Positions 26,846 to 41,654 of a stretch of 64,000 nt of DNA are shown here, piece after piece; position 1 is the stretch's first letter, and every line of letters begins with the position of its first letter. The position numbers and the translations under genes were made by a program. The notes under the pieces are model-generated. The model searched no databases. It was not told the DNA's origin and saw nothing but the letters and a program-made list of their open reading frames with translations. The stretch comes from Eledone cirrhosa (Eukaryota): NCBI GenBank assembly GCA_964016885.1, contig OZ024752.1, positions 42,656,001-42,720,000 on the forward strand, read 5' to 3'.

Positions 26846-27989
26846 CAAAACTAATCAAGAGGGGAGATATAAATGTTTGGAAAAAGTGAAGAAGTTTGTC
26901 ATAAAAGACACAAGGCCATTTTCTCTGCTTTAACCCTTTAGCATTTACATTACTTTATATATACCATTGTATTTTTGTGGTAAAGGCCTTTATCTTACAT
27001 AATTATCTCACATAATATAGAATCTACGAGATTTTGATGTTACTTATTTTGAGAACAATACCTTAATGTCAGTATGAGTGGCCAGTTACAGTTGGTTTGA
27101 AGAGTAAGAGGTGAGAGGATGTAATTTATTTTGAGAACAATACCTTAATGTCAGTATGAGTGGCCAGTTAGAATTGGTTTGAAGAGAGAATTCTGGCCGG
27201 ATACGGCTGGTTTAAATGCTAAAGGGTTAAGTTAAATATTATTGTTAACAATTAAAAATAATAAATTGTTTTGTCAGTTATTAAATAATCATGTTTATTA
27301 TTGGAACTTTACATTCTATTTCTTTTATACAAGAAAAGTACAATTTTTAGATAAAGTTTTTATAATTTCCATTAATGCAATTTTTTTAACAAATAATTCC
27401 TTGGAGCATTGTTGTAAAATATTATTATTATTATTATGCTTTGTGGTATTTAGTTATGAGATCCTAATGTTCTGAGTTCAAATCCCACCAACTGGGTGTA
27501 CAAGACTTACCCCTGGCGTGGATGCTAGTCTGTCACATGATTAACTCCCAACTGCTGCTGCTAGTACCAATTTTTCTACTTGAGTAATGTGAAATGAAGT
27601 GATTTGCTTAAGGATACAATGTGTCACTTGGTCTTGGAATAAAACTTACAACTTTATGATGATGAGCCCAACACCCTAGTCACTAGGTAATACGCCTTCA
27701 CTAGAGTTTTAATTTAAGACAAAAAGCAAGTATCTTGGAAGGAGTTAAACTCCTTCCTGGCCAGGAGAGTCTGAAACAGCTTCACCTGCTAGTTATATAA
27801 GCTTTTTAATTCACTTTTAACTCAAATACCTTTCATATCATTGTCACATATTCTCAGTAAGGGAGAAAAAAAGGAGCTAATTGTAAAATGGAATACAGGA
27901 AACAATGTTTCCATTCCTGATACTGTCCACGAGTTGCAGCTCCAGGTAGGAGAAGGTGGGATTTGAACTCAGAATTGTAGCACTCCATA

Positions 27990-28570
27990 GGAGTTCTTAT
28001 TTGCTGATTTGGTCCTTAGAGTTAAATCCATAGAGGAGATTTTTTGCAAAATTACAGACATGAAGGAAGAGGAATCTGGACTGAAGTAAGTTTGGCAAAG
28101 ACTAGGGTTTTGAAAGGTGGAGAGGAGGACAGGAACTTGATACCATCAGAGAAGTAGCCTTGTTTGATATGTTGAAGAGTGGTGTGCAGAAGTTTCATAA
28201 GGTGCAAACAGTGTAATAATCTATGGATGCAGAAATGTAGTGGGATTATAGGTAGGTTGATGGAGAAAAAGCATCAGGACCATATATGAAATAGATCCCC
28301 TCAATTACCTAGAAGGTTCCCGAGTGGGTGACCGAGTCAGGAATAGGGAGAAGAGTGTTCTAAAAGTGTAGTAGCAGGAGCAAGAAAGGGTTGGAGGAAG
28401 TTTAGGGAGCTAGTACCTCTACTGATAACAGGGAGTTTCTCTCTCTTGGAGTTATGTGTAGGTTGCGTAATGCTTGCATGCAAGCAATGATGCTGCCTAG
28501 CAGAGATAGACAAGGGTCTTGACTGCAAAGGATCTGAGGTCTATAGGAAGTTGAGACAAGTGTGCTCATC
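27990..28570 (+). pseudogene. Highly decayed RTE reverse-transcriptase fragment
   Basis: Remnants resembling GLK-SLAKT, a Cys-rich insert, and ARKGWRKFRELVPLL. Confidence 0.55.
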
Positions 28571-29275
28571 AGTCAAATCAATGACCAACAGCTTCCCTAG
28601 TGTTGGTACCAGTATACTGTGAGGTGGTCAGTGTTGGGAGGGATCTCTAGCAATAGAAACCATGCCATGACAACCTCTCTTGTGCTGGTGCCATGAACAA
28701 TGCACCAAACATACCCTGTAAGGTGGCTGGTGATAGAAAAGGCATCTAGCTGTAGAAGCCATGCCAAAAAAAAAAAAAAATGTTGAGAGGACTCTTTAGT
28801 TGTGACAAGGGCACGACCATCTCTCTGGTGTTAGTGATCTGTACAATAAACACACTAACGTGGTTGGCCATAGAAAGCTTGCCAAACAAGGGGTAGAGAG
28901 GATTCTTCTGCTGTGTCTAAGACATGACAACCTCCTTAATGCTGGTATCACAATAAAACAGTGTACTGTACTCTGTAGGACATGTGTAGGACATATGTAA
29001 GTGAAATGTAGTCCCTGGCCTCTCTGAGAAATCAGTAGCTACAATTAAGTACTGACTTCGTCTATGATGACCCATCCAACCCTTGCTAACAGAGAAAACA
29101 TTATTGTGAAAAGCAATGTGAAATGAAGCATCTTGCTCAAGAACACAATGCATCACACGGGCTGATCAAGGAGTTGAACTCACAACCTTACAATTACGAG
29201 TCCAACAACCACTAAGCAATGCATCTTCATATATGTTAGATAACAAATAACAAAAAAATGTTGACCTAAAAATTA

Positions 29276-29281
29276 TTTATT
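29276..29281 (-). terminator. Candidate proximal polyadenylation signal of POLDIP3
   Basis: AATAAA about 70 nt after the stop, followed by U-rich sequence; the motif is common in AT-rich DNA. Confidence 0.4.
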
Positions 29282-29350
29282 TAAAGATTGGGTTGGGAAA
29301 TCAGGGGTAAGTTAGTCAGAAAGTCAAAATGGGACATTTGACTGAGGTCG

Positions 29351-29585
29351 TCAAATTTTGACAGTAAAGGTCACAGGCCGACTCCCAGCTGGAGTAGATG
29401 CTGTGGTACTGCTACTCCCAGTATTGGAACTTTTGTTGCTAAAGAGCGCTTTATGGATTAGATTCACATCAACTACAGCAGCCGAGGAACTGGAAGAACT
29501 TTGGGCGTTGGTTCCACCACGGCTTGAAGTAGCAGAGTCCAGTTTAGGGTTGCTGCCACTACTACTATTTAAATCTTTCCGGAAC
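29351..29585 (-). CDS. POLDIP3: POLDIP3 exon 9, terminal
   Basis: ttttcag acceptor; ...[11 protein letters not shown]...RPVTFTVKI then TGA at 29353-29351. Confidence 0.93.
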
Positions 29586-32500
29586 CTGAAAACATAAACA
29601 AGTGTGTCAGTTTAATAAGGCAACAAATGAAACAGGTGTCAAAATTTCGATAACCTTTTTCTGACTACATTTTTAAGGAAATACATTATACTTAAATTAG
29701 TTAATGAATAATTTTGAAAGATTTACAAAAATTATCAATTATAGTAACATAACATCTGTTGGAAGACTTCAATTAAAACAGGAACCCTTTAAAATGGGTG
29801 ATTTTGTTTCACAGATGGTAACTTAAATATAGTTCTTATATAAAATTGTGTTGGAAGATTTTTATTTAAACAGGAACCCTTTAAAAAGGATGGTTTAAGG
29901 GGCATGAATGGACCAGATCACATCTTTAATGCTGATAGTTAAGTCTTCTCCAGTACCTCATGCTGCCAATCCTTACAGTCTTTTGTCATCTCTGCTATGA
30001 AATTCAGCTTCAGCTTCCAAAGATTGGTCTTCACAACTTCACATCCCATATCTTCCTGGGTCTACCACATCCCTGAATCCCATTTACCTCCATAACCCCC
30101 ATGCTGGATGCTTTTAGCATCTCGGCAACTCTACCAGATGGTCAAACTACCTTCCCTACCTCCACAATTACCATGCTGGATGTTTTTAGCATCTCAGCAA
30201 CCCTATCAGATGGTCAAATGCCTTCCCTATCTTCATAAGTCGATAAAAGAATTAAAACTAAAATACATACTTGAGAGGTTCTCCTAGGGATTTTGGTATT
30301 GCAGAACTGGAGTGGAGAGAAAAAACCGGAGCTGCAGGGGTTGTCAATTTGACTGCCATTGGCTGACCTAAAAATAGAGATATAGAAAAACTTAAATTAC
30401 CATCTTCATTGAGGGATCAGATGATGTTTACTCGAGAGAAGGCTGCGTTGGTATGGACACGTGATGCGCATGAAAGTCGATAGCTGTATAACAAAGTGCA
30501 GGGCAATGAAGATAGACGGTAGCCACGGAATAGGCAGACCTAGAAAAACCTGGGATGAGCTGATAAACTCCGACCTCACACACTTACACCTCTCCAAGAC
30601 AATGTCACTGGACCGAGACCTTTGGCGGTACTCAGTAACAGAGAAGCCCCGCCTTGTCAGCAGGCATCTCTAACAAAATACACCCCGTCCCGCCACCATC
30701 CCCACCCCATTCTATGTAAAGTCATGTTGGTGCCGCGCCATCCAGGCCGAAACAAATGAGATCGTGTAGGTGTCACGACAAAAAAAAACACACAGTCCAC
30801 GCTGTAATGTGGCCGTGTAGGCAACACGGTAAAAACCTCCCAGACCCACACTGTAAATGTGGTTGGTGTTAGGAAGGGCATCCAACTGTAGAAAACCTGC
30901 CAGACAGTCCTATGCGAGCAAGACAATCACTCTTGCCTCAAGTGGGAAAACCCCCGTCCAAACCCATGCAAGCATGGAACACGGACGTTAAACGTTGATG
31001 ATGATGATGATGATGATGAATACCATCATCATCACCAATGCCACCATTGTCTTCATCACCAATTAATTGTTTCTACTTTTGGCACAAGGCCAGCAATTAC
31101 CCAGTACATTACTGGTACTTTATTTTATCGACCCCGTAAGGATGAAAGGCAAAGTTAACCTCGGCGGGATTTGAACTCAGAATGGCAAGGGCCATAACTC
31201 TATGCGTCAAAGCATGGTGTCCAACCCTCTCCCGATACTACCAATTCACGGCCATCACCAATTAATGTCCACCTTTCCTGCTTACATAATTTGGTTGGGT
31301 CAGCAGAGACCAAATTAACACTCGATCTGAACCACTGTCCTCACAGATAGAATGATGACCCCCCCCCCTCATCTCACACATGTTCCTACACTTGACATAA
31401 TGTACTGGGTTTTTTTTTTATTGTGACAGCAGCACTACAGAGTGTACTGGGTGCATTTTATAGTGGCACCAGTGCTACCATTTTACAGAGTGTACTAGAT
31501 GCATTTTATAGTAGAATCAGTACTACCATTTTACAGAGTGTACTGGGTGCATTTTATAGTGGCACTAATGCTACCATTTTACAGAGTGTACTGGGTGCAT
31601 TTTATTGTTGCACCAGTGCTACCATTTTACAGAGTGTACTAGATGCATTTATAGTAGCATCAGTACTACCATTTTACAGAGTGTACTGGGTGCATTTTAT
31701 AGTGGCACTAATGCTACCATTTTACAGAGTGTACTGGGTGCATTTTATTGTTGCACCAGTGCTACCATTTTACAGAGTGTACTAGATGCATTTTATAGTA
31801 GCATCAGTACTACCATTTTACAGAGTGTACTGGGTGTATTTTATTGTTGCACCAGTGCTACCATTTTACAGAGTGTACTGGGTGCATTTTATTGTTGCAC
31901 CAGTGCTACCATTTTACAGAGTGTACTGGGTGCATTTTATTGTTGCACCAGTGCTACCATTTTACAGAGTGTACTGGGTGCATTTTATTGTTGCACCAGT
32001 GCTACCATTTTACAGAGTGTACTGGGTGCATTTTATTGTTGCACCAGTGCTACCATTTTACAGAGTGTACTGGGTGCATTTTATTGTTGCACCAGTGCTA
32101 CCATTTTACAGAGTGTACTGGGTGCATTTTATTGTTGCACCAGTGCTACCATTTTACAGAGTGTACTGGGTGCATTTTATTGTTGCACCAGTGCTACCAT
32201 TTTACAGAGTGTACTGGGTGCATTTTATTGTTGCACCAGTGCTACCATTTTACAGAGTGTACTAGATGCATTTTATAGTAGAATCAGTACTACCATTTTA
32301 CAGAGTGTACTGGGTGCATTTTATAGTGGCACTAATGCTACCATTTTACAGAGTGTACTGGGTGCATTTTATTGTTGCACCAGTGCTACCATTTTACAGA
32401 GTGTACTAGATGCATTTTATAGTAGAATCAGTACTACCATTTTACAGAGTGTACAGGGTGCATTTTATAGTGGCACTAATCCTACCATTTTACAGAGTGT

Positions 32501-35500
32501 ACTGGGTGCATTTTATTGTTGCACCAGTGCTACCATTTTACAGAGTGTACTAGATGCATTTTATAGTAGCATCAGTACTACCATTTTACAGAGTGTACTG
32601 GGTGCATTTTATAGTGGCACTAATGCTATTGTTTCATAGAGTGGGCAGTAGCACTATGGAGATCATTGTGTCCTCAGTTGAGTAGAGAAGCAGTGACGGA
32701 TATGTGGTTGAGAGGGGTGAAAGACGGGTGGATGTAACAAAGTGAAAATCATAGGCGTTAGCTTTTATTAGAAATACGGTAAGAAAAGGGTAAATAAGGT
32801 CAATATAACAAAACCATTAAAACAACCTAAAGTCTTATTGTCCTGATTTTCTAGATTTATTTGATATCTAAAATCAATAATATAGAGCTGGGCAACAGAT
32901 GGTAGCTTCCCAATAAGTTTATTGGACAAAATATATCTAACCACTTGAAAACACAATAGTGAAAAATTTGTAAACAACTTGTGACCTTGTGCTTGACTTA
33001 TGATTGTTAAGTCATTGGTTCAATTCCAAGACAGTTTATTTCACATTGTTCCAGTCTGCATGCATGCATGGATGGTTCCATAACTGCTGAGGGGGTTGCA
33101 GAGGTGCCATATTAGCATACAGCGTTTCTAGGGCATGTTTAACCCTTTAGCCTTTACATTACTCTATATATATACTATTGTATTTTCGTGGTAAAGGCTC
33201 TATCTCACATGATATCGAACCTACGAGATTTTCATATTATATATTTTGAGGACAATACCTTAATATAAGTATGAACAACCAGTTAAAGGCAGTTTGAACA
33301 GAAAGAGGTGAGAAAATTCTGGCCGGATATGGCCAGTTTAAATGCTAAAGGGTTAAACCCGGCTGAGTTGATGATCTCCTCTCTCCAGGTTTGAACACAG
33401 TAGATTTCTTCCAGAGAAGAAAAGAGAGAGTGAGAGAATGGAAGCGAGAAAGAAACAGAGGAAAAATGGACCCCAATACTACACTGGTACTTTTTCTTTT
33501 ATTGATTTCAAAAGGGTTAAAGGCAAAGGTGACCTCGGCGAGATTTGAAATCTGAGCGTCAGGAGCTGAAACGAATAATGCAAAGCAGTCTATCCAATGT
33601 TCTAATGACTGTCAGTTTGCTGCCTTTGTTCCAGTCTATTCAACTGAAATATATAAGTACCAGCATCAGTTGGGGATTAGTTGTGCAATAGACTGGTGCC
33701 CCGTCCTTAACATCAATAGAGAGAAATGAAGCGAGCATGTTTCGCTGAATGTATAATGTTAGTGAACATGATCAAAAAAGTATGGGTGAGCTGAGAGAAA
33801 AAAACTGGGACATATGAGGAATCAGATGTAGTGTACGAGAGGGAAGACTGCACTGCTATGGACATGTGACGTATATGAATGATGATCGGCGGGTAAAGGA
33901 GTACCAAAAGATGCCAGCGGAAGGAAGTTGTAGGAAAGGAAGACCGAGGAAAAGCTGGGCAGAGGTGGTTAGATCTAATTTCAAAACAGTGAGTCTCACA
34001 AAGGAGATGACAAAGGTATGCAGCAAGTGGAAGAATGCTATGCTAGAGAGAACCTGTCTGATCTATGCAAGTATAAAAAAAATGGACATGAAACGTTGAT
34101 GATGATGATGATGATGATGAAACCAGGATAAGTCCTAACCTGAGGAGCCTCTGGGTATGGGACAGACTTTAACTTAAGTCTGGAAGAAAGGAAGAAATAG
34201 AAAGAAAGCATTCCATACCATCAAGTTCTCTGTTGTGATATTTGGTAACCGCTGCAACTGCATCATTGTAGGATAAATAGACAACTTCTGCACAACCGGC
34301 TTTCAAGAGATGCGCCTTTTTTAGTGCACCAACTGCACCAAATAACTCCTAGAACAAACAACAAATAGATAATATCAGTTACATCCCCATCATTGTCACC
34401 CCACCACCTCCACTACCATCATTACCCCCATCACCACTTCCACCTCAAACAAACATTACCCCACCATCCTTGTCACCCTGCCTCCACTATTGTCATTACC
34501 TCCATCACCACTCCCACCACAAACATTACTCCCTCATCCACCACAAACATTACCCCCTCATCATTATCTCCATCACCCACCCACCCACCACAAACAACAT
34601 TACTCCACCATCCTGGTCACCCAGCCTCCACTATCATCATTACCTCCATCACTACTGTCTCCACAAACACCATTACCTCCATCACCAACTCACCACCAGC
34701 CTCCACTTCCACCACAAACACCATTACCCCCACCATCATAATTTTACATCAACTTTCTGTGCTAGCATGGAGTGGAAAGGTTGTGACAGTCTGAGCAAAT
34801 CCTTATTGGGAGTTGCTGCACCCAGAAAACAGGTCAGAGGACTATGCGAGTCTACTGGGTGCATTTTATCGTGATATCAGTGCTATCACTTTACAGAATG
34901 GACTCAGTGCATTTTATCATGGCACCAACACTAACACTTTACAGAATGCACTACATTTTGTTTTGACAACACTAACACTTTACAGAATGCACTACATTTT
35001 GTTTTGACAACACTAACACTTTACAGAATGCACTACATTTTGTTTTGACAACACTAACACTTTACAGAATGCACTACATTTTGTTTTGACAACACTAACA
35101 CTTTACAGAATGCACTACATTTTGTTTTGACAACACTAACACTTTACAGAATGCACTACATTTTGTTTTGACAACACTAACACTTTACAGAATGCACTAC
35201 ATTTTGTTTTGACAACACTAACACTTTACAGAATGCACTACATTTTGTTTTGACAACACTAACACTTTACAGAATGCACTACATTTTGTTTTGACAACAC
35301 TAACACTTTACAGAATGCACTACATTTTGTTTTGACAACACTAACACTTTACAGAATGCACTACATTTTGTTTTGACAACACTAACACTTTACAGAATGC
35401 ACTACATTTTGTTTTGACAACACTAACACTTTACAGAATGCACTACATTTTGTTTTGAAGACAGTGAGTTAAGTTTGAAATTGAGGTCATATTTGTGCAT

Positions 35501-38500
35501 AACTTTTGTAATAACTCCAAAAATTCCTGCTTTGTGCTAGGACAAAACAATCGTTAGTTATTAAACATTTGAAAGATTAAACACCCTTTCATTATTATTT
35601 ACATTGTATATATCAACCCGCCGAGGTTAACTTTGCCTGTCATCCTTACGGGGTCGATAAAATAAAGTACCAGTAATACACTGGGTAATTGCTGGCCTTG
35701 TGCCTAACGTAGAAACAATTATTATTTACATTGTATATATCATCATCATCATCATCGTTTAACGTCTACCTTCCACGCTAGCATGGGTTAGACGGGAATT
35801 GCCCCACTTGAGGCAAGATTGGTCGGGTGACCGTGTCTCGTTCATATGGGACTGCCTGGCAGGTTTTCTACGGCTGGATGCCCTTCCGAACACCAACCAC
35901 ATTGACAGTGTGGACTGGGAGCTTTTTACCGTGTTACCTACACGACCACATTACAGCGTGGACTGTGTGTTTTTTTGTCATGACCCCTACACGACCTCAT
36001 TAGTTTAGTTTTATATATATATATGATAGGCTCCATACAGACACTATCATCATCATCATCATCATCATTTCCTTTTACGTCCGTTTTTTTCCCTGCTTGC
36101 AAGAGTGGGACGGGAACTGATTCTGGCTTGATTTCTACAGCTGGATGCCCTTCCTAACACCAACCTCATTTACAGTGAGTGCTGGGTGCTTTTTTTCCGT
36201 GGCACCTCCACGACCACTTTGCAGTGGAATGATAGGGACCCCAGTCCCTATCATCTCATTTCTACAGCTGAGTAAACTGGAGCAATGTGAAATAAAGTGT
36301 CTTGCTCAAGGAAACAACACATCACCCGGTCTGAGAATTCAACTCACAACCTTCCGATTGCAAGGCCAATGCTCTAACCACTAAGCCATGTGCCTCCATT
36401 ATATCAACTAAAATCACGCAACCACCACTACAACTACTTGTAAACATTCTTTTACTATCAACTGAAATAACCTCCAAAAGAACGAACGTAGACCAATTGA
36501 TTAACTACAATCTCTCTACACCCCACCCCAATTCTCTCTCATAACTTGGTCTCCCTCTCTCAGATCTTTGCTTCTCTCACTCTTATTCAGATCCCACCCT
36601 CCCACACACACAAGATTAATATCATACTCTTCCCAAGGTAATCAATAGTGTTATTGTTTACGACACAAACACACTCTTGTTTGTATTATTTCACGACTTT
36701 TCAAAATATAGATGACCTCAATATCTCGATATATATATTACAAGTTGAAAGATTGAAAGATTGTTACATAAATACTCTTACAAACTATCAAATCATCATC
36801 GTTGTTTAACACTTTAGCATTTCAACTGGCAGTAACCAACCATTCATACCTATGTTAAGGTATTGTTCTCAAAATAAATAATATCAAAATTTCGTAGATT
36901 CTATATTATGTGGGATAATTATGTGAGGTAAGGTGTTTACTGTGAAAATATATAGAGTTAAGGAATAATCATCATCATCATTTCATTTTACGTCCGCTTT
37001 TTCCCTGCTTGCAAGGGTGGGACGGGAACTGATTCTGGCTTGATTTCTACAGCTGGATGCCCTTCCTAACACCAACCTCATTTACAGTGAGTGCTGGGTG
37101 CTTTTTTGCCGTGGCACCTCCATGACCACTTTGCAGTGGAATGATAGGGACCCCAGTCTCTATCATCTCATTTCTACAGCTGAGTAAACTGGAGCAATGT
37201 GAAATAAAGTGTCTTGCTCAAGGAAACAACACATCACCCGGTCTGAGAATTCAACTCACAACCTTTCGATTGCAAGGCCAATGCTCTAACCACTAAGCCA
37301 TGTGTAAATACTAAAGGGTTAAGCCAGCTGTATCCGGCCAGAATTCCTCAGCTCTTTCAGTTCAAACTGGCCATAACTAGCCATTCATACTGATGTTAAG
37401 GTATTGTTTCCAAAATAAATAATATCAAAATATCATAGATTTGATATTATGTAAGATAAAGCCTTTACCACGAAAATACAGTAGTTTATATAGAGTAAAG
37501 TAAATCTATTTTCCCTGCTAGCAAGGGTTAGATGGGTTGTCACAAATCAAACTCAGTACTTAAACGGAGCTACTGACCCCTAAGATAGCTTGTACAAGGG
37601 AAGGGGACATCCAAATTAGGTTTCCGTACTCTACAGCAGCAGTCTGGTGGTCCGAGAGAAAATTTGGACATTATTGGCAATTTTTATGTTTTATTAAAAA
37701 TAAAACAAAATTGGGTTGTCCCATTTGAGGCAAGTTGGGTCAGGTGACCATATCCTGCTCATAAAGCAGTGTTTCTGGCTAGATGCCCTTCCTAATGCTA
37801 ACCCCATTTACAGTGTGTGCTGGGTGCTTTTTGCCATGACACCTACATGGCCACTTTACAGTGTGTGCTAGGTGCTTTTTGCTACAACACCTACATGACC
37901 ACTTTACAGTGTGTGGTGGGTGCTTTTTGCCGTGACACCTACATGACCACTTTACAGTGTGTGGTGGGTGCTTTTTGCCATGACACCTACATGGCCACTT
38001 TACAGTGTGTGGTGGGTGCTTTTTGCCATGACACCTACATGGCCACTTTACAGTGTGTGCTGGGTGCTTTTTGCCATGACACCTACATGGCCACTTTACA
38101 GTGTGTGCTAGGTGCTTTTTGCTACAACACCTACATGACCACTTTACAGTGTGTGGTGGGTGCTTTTTGCCGTGACACCTACATGGCCACTTTACAGTGT
38201 GTGGTGGGTGCTTTTTGCCATGACACCTACATGGCCACTTTACAGTGTGTGCTGGGTGCTTTTTGCCATGACACCTACATGGCCACTTTACAGTGTGTGC
38301 TGGGTGCTTTTTGCCATGACACCTACATGGCCACTTTACAGTGTGTGCTGGGTGCTTTTTGCCATGACACCTACATGGCCACTTTACAGTGTGTGCTGGG
38401 TGCTTTTTGCCATGACACCTACATGGCCACTTTACAGTGTGTGCTGGGTGATTTTTGCCATGACACCTACATGGCCACTTTACAGTGTGTGCTGGGTGCT

Positions 38501-39538
38501 TTTTGCCATGACACCTACATGGCCACTTTACAGTGTGTGCTGGGTGCTTTTTGCCATGACACCTACATGGCCACTTTACAGTGTGTGCTGGGTGCTTTTT
38601 GCCATGACACCTACATGGCCACTTTACAGTGTGTGCTGGGTGCTTTTTGCCATGACACCTACATGGCCACTTTACAGTGTGTGCTGGGTGCTTTTTGCCA
38701 TGACACCTACATGGCCACTTTACAGTGTGTGCTGGGTGCTTTTTGCCATGACACCTACATGGCCACTTTACAGTGTGTGCTGGGTGCTTTTTGCCATGAC
38801 ACCTACATGGCCACTTTACAGTGTGTGCTGGGTGCTTTTTGCCGTGACACCTACATGGCCACTTTACAGTGTGTGCTGGGTGCTTTTTGCCGTGACACCT
38901 ACATGGCCACTTTACAGTGTGTGCTGGGTGATTTTTGCCATGACACCTACATGGCCACTTTACAGTGTGTGCTGGGTGCTTTTTGCCATGACACCTACAT
39001 GGCCACTTTACAGTGTGTGCTAGGTGGTTTTTGCCGCAACACCTACATGGCCACTTTACAGTGTGTGCTGGGTGCTTTTTGCCGCAACACCTACATGGCC
39101 ACTTTACAGTGTGTGCTGGGTGCTTTTTGCCATGACACCTACATGACCACTTTACAGTGTGTGCTAGGTGCTTTTTGCCGCAACACCTACATGGCCACTT
39201 TACAGTGAAAAGACTGTACTAATGTTATATAAATACTACAACAGCCCATGTTTGAAGATAAAGTTTATAGAACTAAAAATAAACATTGAAACAGTGTCAG
39301 AGAGTAGTAGACAGATATATAGGCACATCAACAACTTAGCATTTAAAACCTGTTGAACAATGTAACATTGCTTGTAACAGATGGCATGTTATAGGTATAT
39401 ATATATATATATCTACACATATATATATATACATATATATACATACATATATATATATACACATATGTATATATATACATATATATATATATACACATAT
39501 GTATATATATACATATATATACATACATATATATATCT

Positions 39539-39576
<38 letters not shown>

Positions 39577-41580
39577 TTATATCCACATATCTGCAAAGAC
39601 ACACATACATACATAAATATACACACACAAATACACAGGCAAATAGATTTAAAAGAATAATAGTAATGTTATTCTTAATCCTATTAGACAGCCAGGTAAA
39701 TATGACCCAAACCAACAGACCCACACATCAACGGTGGATTTAATAGTCTTTATAATGCTGTGGTATTAATTCGGGTTCCTTGCATCCTTAGTTCAAACCC
39801 CGCTGAGAGAAACTTTCATCGTTCAACGTCCATGTTCCATGCTAGAATTGGTTAGATGGGCAGTCATGTAATGAAGCTATACTGGTCAGGTGACTAAGTC
39901 CAGCTTGTACGCTGTGTTTGGCATGGTTTCAATGACTGGATGTCCTTCCTAACACCAACCACTTTACAGCATGTACTGGAAGCATTTTATCATGACTGGC
40001 ACTACCACCTTTCAAGATGAACTGGGTGTTTTGTTTTTTTTCATCGTGGCACCAGCATTACCACCCTACTGGGTGGATGGGGTGCTTTTTACCATGGTAC
40101 CAGCATTAACACTTTACAGAGTGAACTAGATATTTTTTTTCATCATGGCACCAGCACTACCACCTTACAAAGTGGACTGGGTGTCTTTTTTCCATCATGG
40201 CACCAGCACTACCACCTTACAGAATGAACTGGGTCTTTTTTTCATCATGGCACCAGCACTACCACCTTACAGAGTGAACTAGATGTATTTTTTCATCATG
40301 GCACCAGCACTACCACCTTACAGAATGAACTGGGTCTTTTTTTCATCATGGCACCAGCACTACCACCTTACAGAGTGAACTAGATGTATTTTTTCATCAT
40401 GGCACCAGCACTACCACCTTACAGAATGAACTGGGTCTTTTTTTCATCATGGCACCAGCACTACCACCTTACAGAATGAACTGGGTCTTTTTTTCATCAT
40501 GGCACCAGCACTACCACCTTACAAAGTGGACTGGGTGTCTTTTTTCCATCATGACACCAGCACTACCACCTTACAGAATGAACTGGGTCTTTTTTTCATC
40601 ATGGCACCAGCACTACCACCTTACAGAGTGAACTGGGTCTTTTTTTCATCATGGCACCAGCACTACCACCTTACAGAATGAACTGGGTCTTTTTTTCATC
40701 ATGGCACCAGCACTACCACCTTACAAAGTGGACTGGGTGTCTTTTTTCCATCATGACACCAGCACTACCACCTTACAGAATGAACTGGGTCTTTTTTTCA
40801 TCATGGCACCAGCACTACCACCTTACAGAATGAACTGGGTCTTTTTTTCATCATAGCACCAGCACTACCACTTTACAGAGTGAACTAGATGGGGTTTTTT
40901 ATCATGGCACCAGCACTACCACCTTTCAGAGTGAACTAGATGGGTTTTTGTTTTCATCACGGCACCAGGACTACCACCTTACAGAATGGACGGGGTGCTT
41001 TTTATCATGGTGCCAGCATTAGCACTTTACAGAGTGGGCTAGGTGAATTTTATCGTAGCACCAGCCTTACCTCATTACAACACTTGCAGGCTCAATGTGT
41101 TCTTGGATAGAGTGGGGGTCGCCTGATCAGTGTATAAACAAGAGGGGTGCAGGCTATTTGCTGGGGTATAAGAGACGCCTCATGATGGGAATGAAAATGC
41201 TAGGTCATGGATGTGGCCTTGAAACAAGTGGGTGATTTGTCCCTGTTTTCCATGTTGGACTGGGTTGGACAGGGAAAGTGAATAAAAGAATCTTCATCCT
41301 AGCTTTCCACACTAACATGGGTTGGACGAAGAAAAGGAGGAAGGGGAGTATACTGGCAGATGGAGGCCTGAGTGCTGTACCACCTCACTGCTTCTTCAGG
41401 GTTAGAGTAGAGGAAAGAGATGGGAGCCATCCTCCCAATGCTCATTTCAGAGAGAGAGAACTGATAAAAGACATCAAGGATCAACTTGAAGTATGCAGAA
41501 CCTCCTGGGGTCTAAAAGTAAACCCTAACAAATGCAAGGCTTTTTTGACAACAGAATCTGTAACTTTAATTCTGTCAATG

Positions 41581-41654
<74 letters not shown>

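Noticed and set aside
29358-29597. Plus-strand ORF here, and similarly at 48780-49178
   Set aside because: Antisense shadows of real POLDIP3 exons
34393-34874. His/Pro/Thr-rich ORFs
   Set aside because: Degenerate (CAC/CAT)n low complexity at the tail of a SINE, antisense within an intron
31423-39208. 344-aa and 463-aa repeat ORFs and a CRISPR-like periodicity
   Set aside because: 48-bp tandem units with no unique spacers, derived from SINE sequence; no cas genes; eukaryotic context
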